Shown here piece by piece: positions 17,157-26,830 of a stretch of 57,039 nucleotides of DNA. Below the pieces are notes generated by a model, which saw only the letters and a list, made by a program, of their open reading frames with translations, was not told the DNA's origin and made no database searches. Location of the stretch: positions 1 to 57,039 of IMG/VR virus record IMGVR_UViG_3300037882_003134; one strand, 5' to 3'. This DNA is from a virus. Lineage: Duplodnaviria; Caudoviricetes. The first letter of the stretch is position 1. Each line of letters starts with the position of its first letter. Both the position numbers and the translations under genes were made by a program.

Positions 17157-19982
17157 TCACGACCAAGCCCCCAAGTCCCAGCGCAGCTTGTCCTCTGTTG
17201 TGCCCTCATCATTCGACCATTTGTAGTCCCCTGTCGCGTTCACATCGACAGTGTGCCCGTCGGCGATCTCAACGGCCTCAGCATGATCGACAGGCGTTGC
17301 AATCACGTAGGCATCAGCGACGCCCACATCCTCGCCATGATCCACGAGATCCTCGATCGTTTCCGTTTCGTTTGGGCTGATCTTCCGCTTCCCCTGCGTG
17401 AACGCATCACGCAAAAAGTCGATCCAGTCTTTTCCGATCACGTTCGTGCATTCGATGGAGTACAGATGGCGAATCGATCCTTGGAGGGTCGGCAGGTAGA
17501 ATTGCGTAGACACCTTCTGAATAATGAAGTCCTGCATCGTGACCCCGAACGATGGAAAGTCGAGTGTGATCACGTCGCCAGCCTTCCGGCCGCTACGGAG
17601 CGTTTGGAACGCTACCGTCGTCGTCGCGGACTTCCGGCGGGAGAGCTCTGCAGCAGCGAGTGAACGAGCGGTCACAAGCGAATCGACGGTCTCGTCGTTT
17701 ATTTCCAATTCACGGCGACCATACGTGCGGATGGACGCTTGATTCGTCCGAACAGCGAGCACCGGCGTGTTCGGGCTTCCGGTCAGGTAGAGAATCACGC
17801 CGTCTGCGGGAGCAGTGTCGAATCGGTACGATTTCTCTTGGAAGTTATAATACCCGTCGAAGCCTTCAGAATTCAGGAAGTCGATTCCACTGCGAAGGAG
17901 CAGGGCACTCTGCGATCCCTCCGTATTCATCAGGTAGATCGATTGCTGTTCTTGGTCGGAGAGGGCGTAGTCGAAGAACGTCACCTCATCAATAAGGCCA
18001 TCGAATACGTTTGATCCGTTGTTTCCACCGATCTCCAATACCCCAGACGAGACATTTGGGGCGGTGATGATCGTCGTGCTGACCAAAGTGCCATCCAGGT
18101 ACAAGCGAAGCGTGGGACCATCCACAACCGAGCTATCGAATGACATCCCAACCAAGTGCCAAGCACCGGAGAGGTCACCAACATCTACGTCCACCGCAAT
18201 CGACCCGCTGAACCGCTGGCGAAGGTAGTACGTTCCGCCCGACTGAATGAGCGATAGCTTGCTGTGTTCGCCAGCGAAGTCTCCAAAACCGCAGATGACC
18301 CGTTCCGTTGTGTCATGCACGTCCGGCCGAATCCACGCTGCCATCGAGTGATTGTCGTCTCCGGTTACATGGGAAGCCGACGTTTTCCGGGCACTGCTCG
18401 TCGAGCCGTTGAAAGAAACCGCATCGGAAAGCTGACCCGTCTGCTGGTATGTCAGGTTTGCAGCGGTCAAGTTGTTGGTTCCCATTGCATCCGTCAGGTT
18501 GCCGCTGGCTTCCTCCATCGTGAACCACGACCGAACGTCACCGCAGAGCCCGACTGTGTCGGTGAACATCTCAAATCCGGTGAATTGATACGGCAGCGGG
18601 TAGAACGTGTTCACGCCGTTTGCTTCGAGGATGTCTTTTCGCCATTGTCCGGGGTACGTCCCGCCGCGGACATAGATCACGTTCCGCACTTGGCTTCGAT
18701 CCGAGATTACTCGCAGAGAGCCCTGAATCACGCTCTGCCCGTCATCCTCTTCGAAAGTGGCTACGGATGCCGCACCGTCGCGGCTGACGAAGTGCAGGAA
18801 CATCTTTTCGTCGATCCACCACGCGAGTTCCAATTCGCGCGCGAGCGCCGAAAAGCAGTCTGCCGGATATTCGTAGAAGAATCCTGCGCTAGCGATCTCG
18901 ATGTCTGCAGAGTCAATAAGGCGGGAGGGGGCTTTCACTTCCAGGATGTCCACATCCCATCGCCTTGCCTCCACTGCTGAAAGCTCTTTCGAATAGGCCG
19001 AGAAGCGATACACCGTGCCTTCAAGGTTGGTTGTCGGCGTGGAATTGCCCGACGGGTGCATCACGCCCTGGAGAGCCAGCACATCGAACAGACCGATTGC
19101 GTACAGCGGTGTGAATTTCTTGCCGATCTTCAGCGCACCTGTTGAAGCCGCGAGCGATGAAGATGTAAGCGTCCCCTCTTTCGTCAGAACCCCATCGACG
19201 TAGATTCTTCCCATGCCTGATCCGAGCGTGCAAACGATCGTGTGGCGTTGACCTGCGGTGATCGGTGACCCCGTCGTTTGGATCGTGTAGTACGTCGATC
19301 CGTCTGACACCGCGAACACGATATTTCCGTTACCAGTGATCTGGATGGCATACGGCGCGTTTCCTGAGTTGTTCTCCTTCAGCACGAGAGTGCGGTTGAG
19401 ATCATCGGTGGAGAAGTCTATGCAGAGCGAAAGTGAACGGACGAAATCAAGGCTTCCGTCATCCTCAATCGACAGCTCCGCATCGTCAGTGCCGTCGAAA
19501 TCCACGGCGTAGTTCACCGTATCCCAGGTCACGCCAGAATCGAGCGTCGCGTCGTTGCCAAACCCTGTCGAGTCTTCCGCCGTCGTTCCAGTTCCTTCTT
19601 CAAACTGAAGCATCACCTTCAAATCGTCGGTCAGCACTTTGTCTCGCACGATATCGCGAATGATGTACCACAGCGTCCGCGCCGAGTACGTTTGCCGAAC
19701 CAGGCCGGCGAGAAGCTCGTCGTACCAGTCGGACACTTGCACTGCTGCCGTTTTCTCTGGCAGGGGCGACTGCTGGTTGATGTTTATTGCCTTGCCCGAA
19801 AACTGCAATGTGTCACCGTCATAGAACTCCACAACATCGTTCTCGCTTGGGATCGTACTGAGATCACGCAGCGAAAATGTCATCTGCGAATTCTTGTTAT
19901 TCACTTCGTTGACGATTGAGAGGGATTCGCGAACCAGGTCGTCTGTCCGTTCAACGCCTTGGATGAATAGGGAAGAAGTCAT
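17157..19982 (-). CDS. Baseplate-hub-like tail protein with two inserted LamG domains
   Basis: Follows tape measure; WWIDE..LHF, RNVIYVRGG hub-like motifs; two LamG repeats. Confidence 0.75.
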   Translation of the reverse strand: MTSSLFIQGVERTDDLVRESLSIVNEVNNKNSQMTFSLRDLSTIPSENDVVEFYDGDTLQFSGKAININQQSPLPEKTAAVQVSDWYDELLAGLVRQTYSARTLWYIIRDIVRDKVLTDDLKVMLQFEEGTGTTAEDSTGFGNDATLDSGVTWDTVNYAVDFDGTDDAELSIEDDGSLDFVRSLSLCIDFSTDDLNRTLVLKENNSGNAPYAIQITGNGNIVFAVSDGSTYYTIQTTGSPITAGQRHTIVCTLGSGMGRIYVDGVLTKEGTLTSSSLAASTGALKIGKKFTPLYAIGLFDVLALQGVMHPSGNSTPTTNLEGTVYRFSAYSKELSAVEARRWDVDILEVKAPSRLIDSADIEIASAGFFYEYPADCFSALARELELAWWIDEKMFLHFVSRDGAASVATFEEDDGQSVIQGSLRVISDRSQVRNVIYVRGGTYPGQWRKDILEANGVNTFYPLPYQFTGFEMFTDTVGLCGDVRSWFTMEEASGNLTDAMGTNNLTAANLTYQQTGQLSDAVSFNGSTSSARKTSASHVTGDDNHSMAAWIRPDVHDTTERVICGFGDFAGEHSKLSLIQSGGTYYLRQRFSGSIAVDVDVGDLSGAWHLVGMSFDSSVVDGPTLRLYLDGTLVSTTIITAPNVSSGVLEIGGNNGSNVFDGLIDEVTFFDYALSDQEQQSIYLMNTEGSQSALLLRSGIDFLNSEGFDGYYNFQEKSYRFDTAPADGVILYLTGSPNTPVLAVRTNQASIRTYGRRELEINDETVDSLVTARSLAAAELSRRKSATTTVAFQTLRSGRKAGDVITLDFPSFGVTMQDFIIQKVSTQFYLPTLQGSIRHLYSIECTNVIGKDWIDFLRDAFTQGKRKISPNETETIEDLVDHGEDVGVADAYVIATPVDHAEAVEIADGHTVDVNATGDYKWSNDEGTTEDKLRWDLGAWS

Positions 19983-21829
19983 TAGGCATGATTCGTGGTC
20001 AGATTGAGCTGGCGCATGACCATCGCTCCGAGAGCATCGACGATTTCACGAGACGAGACACCGATCATTCCACCATGCACGTTCACCTCAACGTGAACCT
20101 GTTTGCCCATCATTCCACGGGATTCCTGTGCGGTATGAACGCGAGACCCTTGCGGAGCGGAGATGATTTCTGGACCGTGCTCGCCTACACGCGTGAATGG
20201 CTCGGCAATAACGCCTCCGCTCGATCGGCCTCGTGAGGAACGACTGCCAGTCGCAGCTGCAGCCACGAACTCCGCAATTTCCTTTGCCTTCTCCCACGCG
20301 GTCTGAAGTGACTCCAGAAGCCATCCGAAGAATCCTGAAAATGCCCCCTTGATCGCATTCAAAGCGCTATCTGCGCTGTTTTTGATCACGTCGAGGAATG
20401 ACTGCCACGACAGTTGAATTTCGATGGACATCGAGTCGAAAATGTTTTTGACCGTATCGAAGAACGACTGGTAATACAGGGTGACGATCTCTACCCACAT
20501 TTTCGTGTTCTCGACCAATGTCTCCGCAAAGAGCTGCGCCTTCCATTTCACTGCCTCCCAGTGCTGGGCGAGTGTGATGAGCAGGGCGATCAGTCCTACG
20601 ATGGCGAGTGCCAATGGACCACCGAGTGCGAGCAGTGGGGCGAGCACCCCTGCAGCGATGCCGATTGCCGCCATAGCGACCTTTACGCTCGCCAGTACGC
20701 TTACGATGGTTGTGAACATCACGAGCGCGCTACCTGCCACAGTGAGGAGTATCCCGAGTGCCGCTACAACGAGAGCAATGCTCTGCGAAATCTTCGGATG
20801 CGCTTCAGCCCATTCGGCCATTTTGCTGATCACCGGCGTGATCGTAAGCAGAATCTTGTTTATCGCGGGTAGGAGCAGGCTAGCGATGACAATTGCCAGG
20901 TCGTTCACCGTGTTTTTGAAGACGATCCACTGGCTTTCTGTTGTTGCAAAGCGCTTGGCGGCTTCTTCTGCAAGGGCGGTGTTCTCTCGGAATGCATCGG
21001 TCGAACTTCGAACGGCGTCTTCCAGTACCCCACCAGCTCCAGCGACCGACAGGAAAGCTCGCTGCAAGCGCGAATCAGCGAAGCCAAGTTCCGTGAGCAC
21101 CTGCCCTGCTTCATTGCCCGAGTCTGCAAGTCGGCGGACGAAACCTTCAAACTCACCGATTCCGCGTTTGCCTTGGTTATTCAGATCCAAAAGGATCTTT
21201 TGCACCGCCGTACCACCAGTTTCCGCCTGAATTCCTGCTGACGAGAACGCAGCGGCGATTCCGAAGATCTCTGCGGTTGTGAGTCCGGCGATCTTTCCTG
21301 CACCTGCGATACGGAGCGCGAATTCCGTAATCTCGCTTTCTGTTGTTGCGAAGTTGTTGCCCAACTCCACGACAGACGACCCCATTCGGTCAATATTCGA
21401 GATCGGCTCCTGTGTGATGTTCGAAATACGAGCGAATGCCGTTGCAGCGCTTTCTTCCGTCAGATCAGTCGTGACAGACAGCTCCGCAATCGACTTCGTG
21501 AAATTCGTGAGGTTCTCGACCCCACGCACACCGAGCTGACCGGCAAGTTCGCCAATGCGGTTTAACTGATTGACATTGACTGGAACCTGCTTTGAGAGGT
21601 TTCGGAAGTTCCTTTCCAGAGCCGCAAACTCTGCTTCAGATGCATCTACTGTCTTCCGAACGCCAGCGAAGGAGCTTTCGAAGGCAATGGCGCTGTTTAC
21701 CGCGACCCCGAGTGAAGCGGTAACGGCCAATCCAACCGCGGTCGCAGCCAAGCCGATCTTATTGAAGTGAGCACTCGCATTGTCGATGACAGTGACGATG
21801 TACTCGATGTTTTTCGTAACATCAGCCAT
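19982..21829 (-). CDS. Tape measure protein (TP901-like core)
   Basis: FESSFAGVRKT, GQLG, GNNFATTE; TM segment; W/F periodic repeats. Confidence 0.93.
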   Translation of the reverse strand: MADVTKNIEYIVTVIDNASAHFNKIGLAATAVGLAVTASLGVAVNSAIAFESSFAGVRKTVDASEAEFAALERNFRNLSKQVPVNVNQLNRIGELAGQLGVRGVENLTNFTKSIAELSVTTDLTEESAATAFARISNITQEPISNIDRMGSSVVELGNNFATTESEITEFALRIAGAGKIAGLTTAEIFGIAAAFSSAGIQAETGGTAVQKILLDLNNQGKRGIGEFEGFVRRLADSGNEAGQVLTELGFADSRLQRAFLSVAGAGGVLEDAVRSSTDAFRENTALAEEAAKRFATTESQWIVFKNTVNDLAIVIASLLLPAINKILLTITPVISKMAEWAEAHPKISQSIALVVAALGILLTVAGSALVMFTTIVSVLASVKVAMAAIGIAAGVLAPLLALGGPLALAIVGLIALLITLAQHWEAVKWKAQLFAETLVENTKMWVEIVTLYYQSFFDTVKNIFDSMSIEIQLSWQSFLDVIKNSADSALNAIKGAFSGFFGWLLESLQTAWEKAKEIAEFVAAAATGSRSSRGRSSGGVIAEPFTRVGEHGPEIISAPQGSRVHTAQESRGMMGKQVHVEVNVHGGMIGVSSREIVDALGAMVMRQLNLTTNHA

Positions 21830-22049
21830 CCTTGGGGCGGGAAGAGCGGGACTTCTTGTCCCTCGTCACCATTATCGCATAATGCGCCGCGACTGTCTTA
21901 CGCGGAAGCGCATCGATCTCCCAAGGCGTGCAGTTGAGCTCCTTCGCCAGATCGTGCCGCATCATTGTTTGTCTGGCAGCCCGTTCGGCTTCGGGGCAAT
22001 CGACGGGGATGCCGTAGATCAAGCAGCCGATTGCCCGTTCGATTTTCCC
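21822..22049 (-). CDS. Tail assembly chaperone -1 frameshift extension (gpGT-like)
   Basis: Reached via G_GGA_AAA at 22043-22049; LAKEL..TPWEIDALP motif. Confidence 0.8.
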   Translation of the reverse strand, partial: GKIERAIGCLIYGIPVDCPEAERAARQTMMRHDLAKELNCTPWEIDALPRKTVAAHYAIMVTRDKKSRSSRPKDG

Positions 22050-22483
22050 AACTCCTCCTCGTCCTTCGCTTCGATCTTCTTCACTTCCTCCTGAATAGCG
22101 GAGTAATCGCGCCGTGAAAGCAATCCAAGGCGTTTCTCGATGTCCGAATCGTCATCGTCGATGGACAACACCATGCCGGCGATCTTCGTGCGTTCTGCAG
22201 CGTGCGTATCCGCGACGCTGATTTCCGCATTGACGTGCTTCATGATGATTTCCTTTCGGGCTTCGTCCATGAGCAGCTTTCGCTGTCCCTCCTCAGCATT
22301 CTGAATGGCAAACGCGCGATCTGGTCCCAACTCCTCCGCAACGCGTGTGATGTCCACGTTGGCGATCTTCATGTCGAACTTGATGTTCTTGGAGATCATC
22401 TCCTGGAATCGCTCGAAAACGATCTGCGGGACGAAATCGTGGAGTTCTACGACCGATCCTGATTGAGGGAGCGTGAGCTTCAT
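22019..22483 (-). CDS. Tail assembly chaperone (gpG-like)
   Basis: Between tail tube and tape measure, ends at slippery site. Confidence 0.8.
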   Translation of the reverse strand: MKLTLPQSGSVVELHDFVPQIVFERFQEMISKNIKFDMKIANVDITRVAEELGPDRAFAIQNAEEGQRKLLMDEARKEIIMKHVNAEISVADTHAAERTKIAGMVLSIDDDDSDIEKRLGLLSRRDYSAIQEEVKKIEAKDEEELGKSNGQSAA

Positions 22484-22532
22484 ACAACTGGGGGAAGATG
22501 CAGCAGCACGCTACGACGACTTGCCAGAGAAA

Positions 22533-23534
22533 TCAACTCGGCTCCGTGTATGCAGTAGCAGCCTCTTCGTTTGTCAGCACGGCTGCGATCATCTGCGGCG
22601 TACCTTCATCAAGGTCGTAAACGGCGCGGAAGTCGATGCTCTCAATCACTTTGTCATCCGGCCCATCGCTGATCTCGTGCCCTGTGAAGTACACCTTCGC
22701 GAGGTCTATCTGAATTTCTGGCTTCTCGGCTTCACCGATCGTTGTCGGGTTCTGGAAGGCGATGCGCATTGCCCGTTCGGTTGCATCCGTGAAGTAGTCA
22801 CGGTACGTCATGGCCTCATGGAGAATTTCTAGCTTGCCAGAAACACGAATTGATCCAGGAACAAACTTGTTTGGTTCCGTGCTGCCGAAAACGTGATGTG
22901 GCTGCGTATCCCGATCGATCGACAGCTCCACCATGTGGAAACCGACCGCGCTCGCCGCACCCAGACCACTCAAGTCCGTAGCCAGCTTCACCGATCCATG
23001 CGAACCCTGGAAGTGATGATCCGATGCAAACGCCACAGTTCCGGTGCCGGATTCCACCGCCTGAGCGAGGATCTCCACATCGGCCATCAGGGCTTTGTCT
23101 GCTTCGCACGACAGTTTCAGGCTCTTGAACGTGCCATAGGTGGCCTTCTCACTCTGCACACCACCCAGCATGAAGATGGTGTAGGCCGGAGCCGAGGCTG
23201 CACTGTTGACGGTGATCGTGTGCTCGCGGACTTCTGTTTCTCCAGCAGCGTTCGCCGAAGACACAGTGCCGAGCAGACCCGTGAGAACGTGGCCGATCCA
23301 GTCAGATTTCACCAGTCCGGAGAACGAAAGTACGCTTCGCTCAGCAACGACATAGTTCTCGATGCCGGCCTCAATGCGAGCAACCGAGGAATTGTTCTCG
23401 ACGTGCTCTGCTTCGGCTTTCAGATAGCCGCTTTCGATCCCGATGAAGTGGCCGGTAGAGACCGCCACAGCGGTGCCTTTGGATGCGTCGTCCTCACGCG
23501 CAACGGCGATGGAACGTAGACGGCCTACGGTCAT
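22533..23534 (-). CDS. Tail tube (major tail) protein
   Basis: Size, beta-rich composition, position. Confidence 0.8.
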   Translation of the reverse strand: MTVGRLRSIAVAREDDASKGTAVAVSTGHFIGIESGYLKAEAEHVENNSSVARIEAGIENYVVAERSVLSFSGLVKSDWIGHVLTGLLGTVSSANAAGETEVREHTITVNSAASAPAYTIFMLGGVQSEKATYGTFKSLKLSCEADKALMADVEILAQAVESGTGTVAFASDHHFQGSHGSVKLATDLSGLGAASAVGFHMVELSIDRDTQPHHVFGSTEPNKFVPGSIRVSGKLEILHEAMTYRDYFTDATERAMRIAFQNPTTIGEAEKPEIQIDLAKVYFTGHEISDGPDDKVIESIDFRAVYDLDEGTPQMIAAVLTNEEAATAYTEPS

Positions 23535-23749
23535 TTAGAAGGGGTGGAAGATTTAACTTTCTTGGGCTTCTCCTCTTGGGTTTTCTCAAACTCCGGATGC
23601 TCCGCTTCAAGTTTCGGGTCACTGCGAAGTGCCGCTGCCAATTTCTTCGTGGCGTCAGCAAGTGACTCCCCATACACGCGAACAGCGCGAGGAACGGCAG
23701 GGCATTCGTCGGATGCTTTCTGTGAGGGGAATGCGTGGAACTTCGCCAT
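23531..23749 (-). CDS. Small hypothetical protein
   Basis: Coupled to tail tube start. Confidence 0.5.
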   Translation of the reverse strand: MAKFHAFPSQKASDECPAVPRAVRVYGESLADATKKLAAALRSDPKLEAEHPEFEKTQEEKPKKVKSSTPSK

Positions 23750-23764
23750 ACGCGAGGGAGTATA

Positions 23765-24184
23765 TCACGAGATCAAAGTGCGCGCAGCAAACTGAAACGT
23801 CATGACCAGGCATGGGCCGGCGTTGATCTCCCGTAGCTCCACGCTTCCGGTCTGGACGCTGGAAACATCGACGTTATCGTCGAGAAGCCACTCCGCATTC
23901 AGCTTGTCCATCACCGCATCGATGGCGTCTTGGAAGTTTGCTTCTGCGGTATCGTTTGCCTTCTGTGACGTTTCCTGAAAGATGTCAATCGCAAATGTGT
24001 ACGTTCGCCAGTAGTCCGGGGCGTTCGTCTTCAACTCGTTCTCAGTAGAGATCAGATAGAAACGACAGGCAGGGAATCCGGAGAATTCGATAATACGGCC
24101 AGACTTCACGTCCTGCAGCTCGGTCACCGCGGAGAGCTGCGTGTTGAGTGCCGACCGAATGGAAGAGAGCGAATTGTTCGCCAC
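23765..24184 (-). CDS. Tail terminator/completion protein
   Basis: Position; FPA, acidic beta-rich pattern. Confidence 0.65.
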   Translation of the reverse strand: MANNSLSSIRSALNTQLSAVTELQDVKSGRIIEFSGFPACRFYLISTENELKTNAPDYWRTYTFAIDIFQETSQKANDTAEANFQDAIDAVMDKLNAEWLLDDNVDVSSVQTGSVELREINAGPCLVMTFQFAARTLIS

Positions 24185-24196
24185 GGCGCGAGTATA

Positions 24197-24604
24197 TCAC
24201 GTCACCTCAATCGCAATCCTGTGACTTGCCTCCGCGAATAGATCGTCGATCTTCTTCTGCACCCCGAAGTCCTTCAGCGCCCATTCGAAGAACGGGCGAG
24301 CCTTCATCTTCTTTGTGCCCTCGTGGACGAATACACCGTACTTTGTGTTTGTCCGCACGCCGGCCGCAAGTAAGGCGATCTTCCGCTTGTTGATCGACGT
24401 ACGCATGCGGCTCGTGTCCACTGGGATTCCTTTTGCGTCGTATCCCGTCCGGCTCGCGCTCACAGCGGGCATCTTCTTTGTGTCGTCACGGAGAATCTGT
24501 GCTCCTACATCCACTGCCCGAGCGTAATGCCTCTTCGCGACCTCCGGATACTTCATCAGGTTCTTCAGCACGTCTTTGCCACCCTTGATCTGGATGGTCA
24601 TCAT
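24197..24604 (-). CDS. HK97 gp10-like neck protein
   Basis: PVDTSRMRTSI, YGVFVHEGTKKMKARPFF. Confidence 0.85.
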   Translation of the reverse strand: MMTIQIKGGKDVLKNLMKYPEVAKRHYARAVDVGAQILRDDTKKMPAVSASRTGYDAKGIPVDTSRMRTSINKRKIALLAAGVRTNTKYGVFVHEGTKKMKARPFFEWALKDFGVQKKIDDLFAEASHRIAIEVT

Positions 24605-24912
24605 CAGCGCTGTTTGGAAATGCTGAGGCGCTTGTGTGGCAGACCTCCGAAATTCGCGGAGAAGATCCGCCGTACAAAGTAGTTCGTGCTATCGATCACG
24701 AGCTTATCCGTCTCGCGAACGTCCTCCGCCCCGCCGACGTACACTTCGAACGGTTCAATCGACTCATCGAGCTCCAGCGCCATTGCCTGGCGATCAAGCG
24801 GCAGGAACGCGCCGAGGATCGTTGCATCTGCAGAACCGGGGTACGCCTGCTTTCCCGACGCGGTTGGAAGGTGATAGACGCCGATCTCTTTGGTGATCTC
24901 GGGCGGAAACAC
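24604..24912 (-). CDS. Head closure/adaptor protein
   Basis: GTG start right after connector stop; DVRETDKLVID..Y.V. Confidence 0.65.
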   Translation of the reverse strand: MFPPEITKEIGVYHLPTASGKQAYPGSADATILGAFLPLDRQAMALELDESIEPFEVYVGGAEDVRETDKLVIDSTNYFVRRIFSANFGGLPHKRLSISKQR

Positions 24913-24913
24913 G

Positions 24914-25588
24914 CTAAAGGCGGTAACGGGTGAAGAGCGCGACCTTCTCGTCGATCGCCTCTTTTGCCTTCTCCGCATCAAATGTGCGGCTCCACGTTCC
25001 AATGCGTTCGCTCGTGACGCCGTCTTTGTCGTACAAGCGTCGCTTGCATTCGAGGATGCACAGTTCTTCCAGCGCATCCGGGACATAGGGCTGCGCAGCA
25101 CCGACGAAGAAGCCGGCCGTGCAGGTGATCCGGTAGTTCTTCACACCCGACGTAAACCGGCCAGCGAGGAGACGAACAATGCCTTTCTCGTAATCAACCA
25201 CATAATCTTCGTTCTCGACCAGCGCAGTGAAGGTGTCACCGTCACTCCCTCGGTTTGACAGGTAAGATAGCTCGAAAGCTAGAGCATCAGTGACACTGCT
25301 TCGCTGCACCGGAAACTGGGGCAGGATGTACTCTCCCAGTCCCTTTTCGTTCACGACCTGCGCGTCGCCATCGAAGTAAAGGTAGTCCTCAGACAGGACA
25401 CCAGGGGTGAACGCGGCTTCATCCAGCTTGTAGTGCCGGGCTTTGAGCTTCCGTCCCGTCTTTCCCTCGATCCAATCAGTTGCACGATCAATCAGCTTAT
25501 CCAAACGGGTGTCTTGGCTGCTGCCCGAGATACCGAGCTCAGTCTTCAGGTTCGCCGTTGTCGTGAGCGCATCGGCAGCTACAGCCAC
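24914..25588 (-). CDS. Head-tail connector (gp6/gp15-like)
   Basis: LTT..LK.EL, D..L..LI..A..IE..TGR, TAG, VP..L, SERIG.WS. Confidence 0.85.
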   Translation of the reverse strand: MAVAADALTTTANLKTELGISGSSQDTRLDKLIDRATDWIEGKTGRKLKARHYKLDEAAFTPGVLSEDYLYFDGDAQVVNEKGLGEYILPQFPVQRSSVTDALAFELSYLSNRGSDGDTFTALVENEDYVVDYEKGIVRLLAGRFTSGVKNYRITCTAGFFVGAAQPYVPDALEELCILECKRRLYDKDGVTSERIGTWSRTFDAEKAKEAIDEKVALFTRYRL

Positions 25589-25604
25589 AGGCAAAGGATA
25601 GCGC

Positions 25605-25636
25605 AAAAAAGAGCCCCGCGCTATGCAGGGCTCTTC
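25605..25636 (-). terminator. Intrinsic terminator after capsid cluster
   Basis: AGAGCCC...GGGCTCT stem then T-run on - strand. Confidence 0.7.
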
Positions 25637-25655
25637 TCACTTCGTTTCCCCGTCG

Positions 25656-26180
25656 TTATTCGCCGAGAATGTCCTCGTACCAGAGAGTAACCTTTCCATC
25701 GAAGTCCGCCGTGGGATCTTCAGTAATCACGACCTTGATGTACTGGTCGCCCGGCCATGTAACGTCTTCCGTGTTGAAGGCAGCGGTACAACCTGTGGAA
25801 TTACAGCTTGATCCAAGAGCGAGCAGATCGGCACCGCTACTTGTTAGATCATCACAGCTATCCACGAATCCGATGTAGACGCTCGCTGCAGTCGGGTTGG
25901 CAATGTTGTGGTACCGCCCGTGCATGATGGCGCCAGTGCCGTGGGGGTTCGGGATACACGCAGCGTCGTATGCCGTTCCATTCTGTGCTGAAGTCGAACC
26001 AGTACCCGAAATATCGAATACGTGGGCTACAAATGCCGCGAAGCTGTCCTGCTTCTGAATCGTGCCGTCGGTACTGAGGCTGTTGAGATACACGCCGCCG
26101 CCCACGAGGCCAGAGACAATGAGGCCGCCGAAGACGACTTTGCCAGCTTGAAGGATTTTCCGATTGAGTACGTTACCCAT
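25656..26180 (-). CDS. Membrane-anchored beta-rich protein in head module
   Basis: N-terminal TM; paired Cys. Confidence 0.6.
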   Translation of the reverse strand: MGNVLNRKILQAGKVVFGGLIVSGLVGGGVYLNSLSTDGTIQKQDSFAAFVAHVFDISGTGSTSAQNGTAYDAACIPNPHGTGAIMHGRYHNIANPTAASVYIGFVDSCDDLTSSGADLLALGSSCNSTGCTAAFNTEDVTWPGDQYIKVVITEDPTADFDGKVTLWYEDILGE

Positions 26181-26220
26181 GAGCGTGGAGAAGAAAAATA
26201 CAAAGAGAGTGTATCACAGG

Positions 26221-26445
26221 CTATTTCTTGGCGCGAGTTCGCTTCGGCTTGCTCTCCACTGGCTTCGTGTCCCGAACAACAGTCGGATGAGCTTGCGTTG
26301 TCTGGCGGACTGGCTTGAGGAGCCCAGGGTGAGCTGCGTTCCTTTCAGCCGCCTGCTCTTCGGTGAGCTCGATCGTACCGCCAGCCTCGACCTTCTGGCC
26401 GTTTTCTCGGAAGTAATATGTGGAGGAGACTTCGTATTTTGGCAT
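26221..26445 (-). CDS. Small capsid-associated protein
   Basis: G..IELTEEQA motif, basic tail. Confidence 0.55.
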   Translation of the reverse strand: MPKYEVSSTYYFRENGQKVEAGGTIELTEEQAAERNAAHPGLLKPVRQTTQAHPTVVRDTKPVESKPKRTRAKK

Positions 26446-26456
26446 CGGAAAAGTGG

Positions 26457-26768
26457 TTAAGAATAAAGCCGATAGAAGACGGTTGCTGTTTCTGCCGTGT
26501 GGCAGAGGAATTTCACATCGGTAATCTTCGCCTTTTCGATCGTCACACGACCGCCTGAGGCGATCTGGTCTCCGTTTCCCGATGCTTGTGCGGTTGGAGT
26601 CGTGCCATCTGCCCGGAAATAGACCGTATTTGGTCCCTTGTTCACGAGTTCGATCTTCTCCGCCCCTTCCGTTTCAAGATTCACAACAGGATCGTTGTCT
26701 ACGCTCAGAATCCCTTCCGTAATGCGGTGGAGAACGACGCCGGTGACTTTGTCTGCTGGATCAGCCAT
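26457..26768 (-). CDS. Putative head decoration protein
   Basis: Beta-rich ~100 aa directly after major capsid. Confidence 0.5.
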   Translation of the reverse strand: MADPADKVTGVVLHRITEGILSVDNDPVVNLETEGAEKIELVNKGPNTVYFRADGTTPTAQASGNGDQIASGGRVTIEKAKITDVKFLCHTAETATVFYRLYS

Positions 26769-26830
26769 AGGAGTGTGGGGGAAGCCCTCACGCCTGGCCT
26801 CGTAGGGAGGCCAGAGCGTCAAGGCTGCGA

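Noticed and set aside
14724-19982. Diversity-generating retroelement or invertible tail-fibre cassette
   Set aside because: No reverse transcriptase, invertase or TR/VR pair seen
12854-24199. Genome-wide stop-codon reassignment (code 15/25) suggested by in-frame stop-start junctions
   Set aside because: Long genes have no internal TGA/TAG and end at TGA/TAG at expected family lengths; the same hexamer also occurs without a stop
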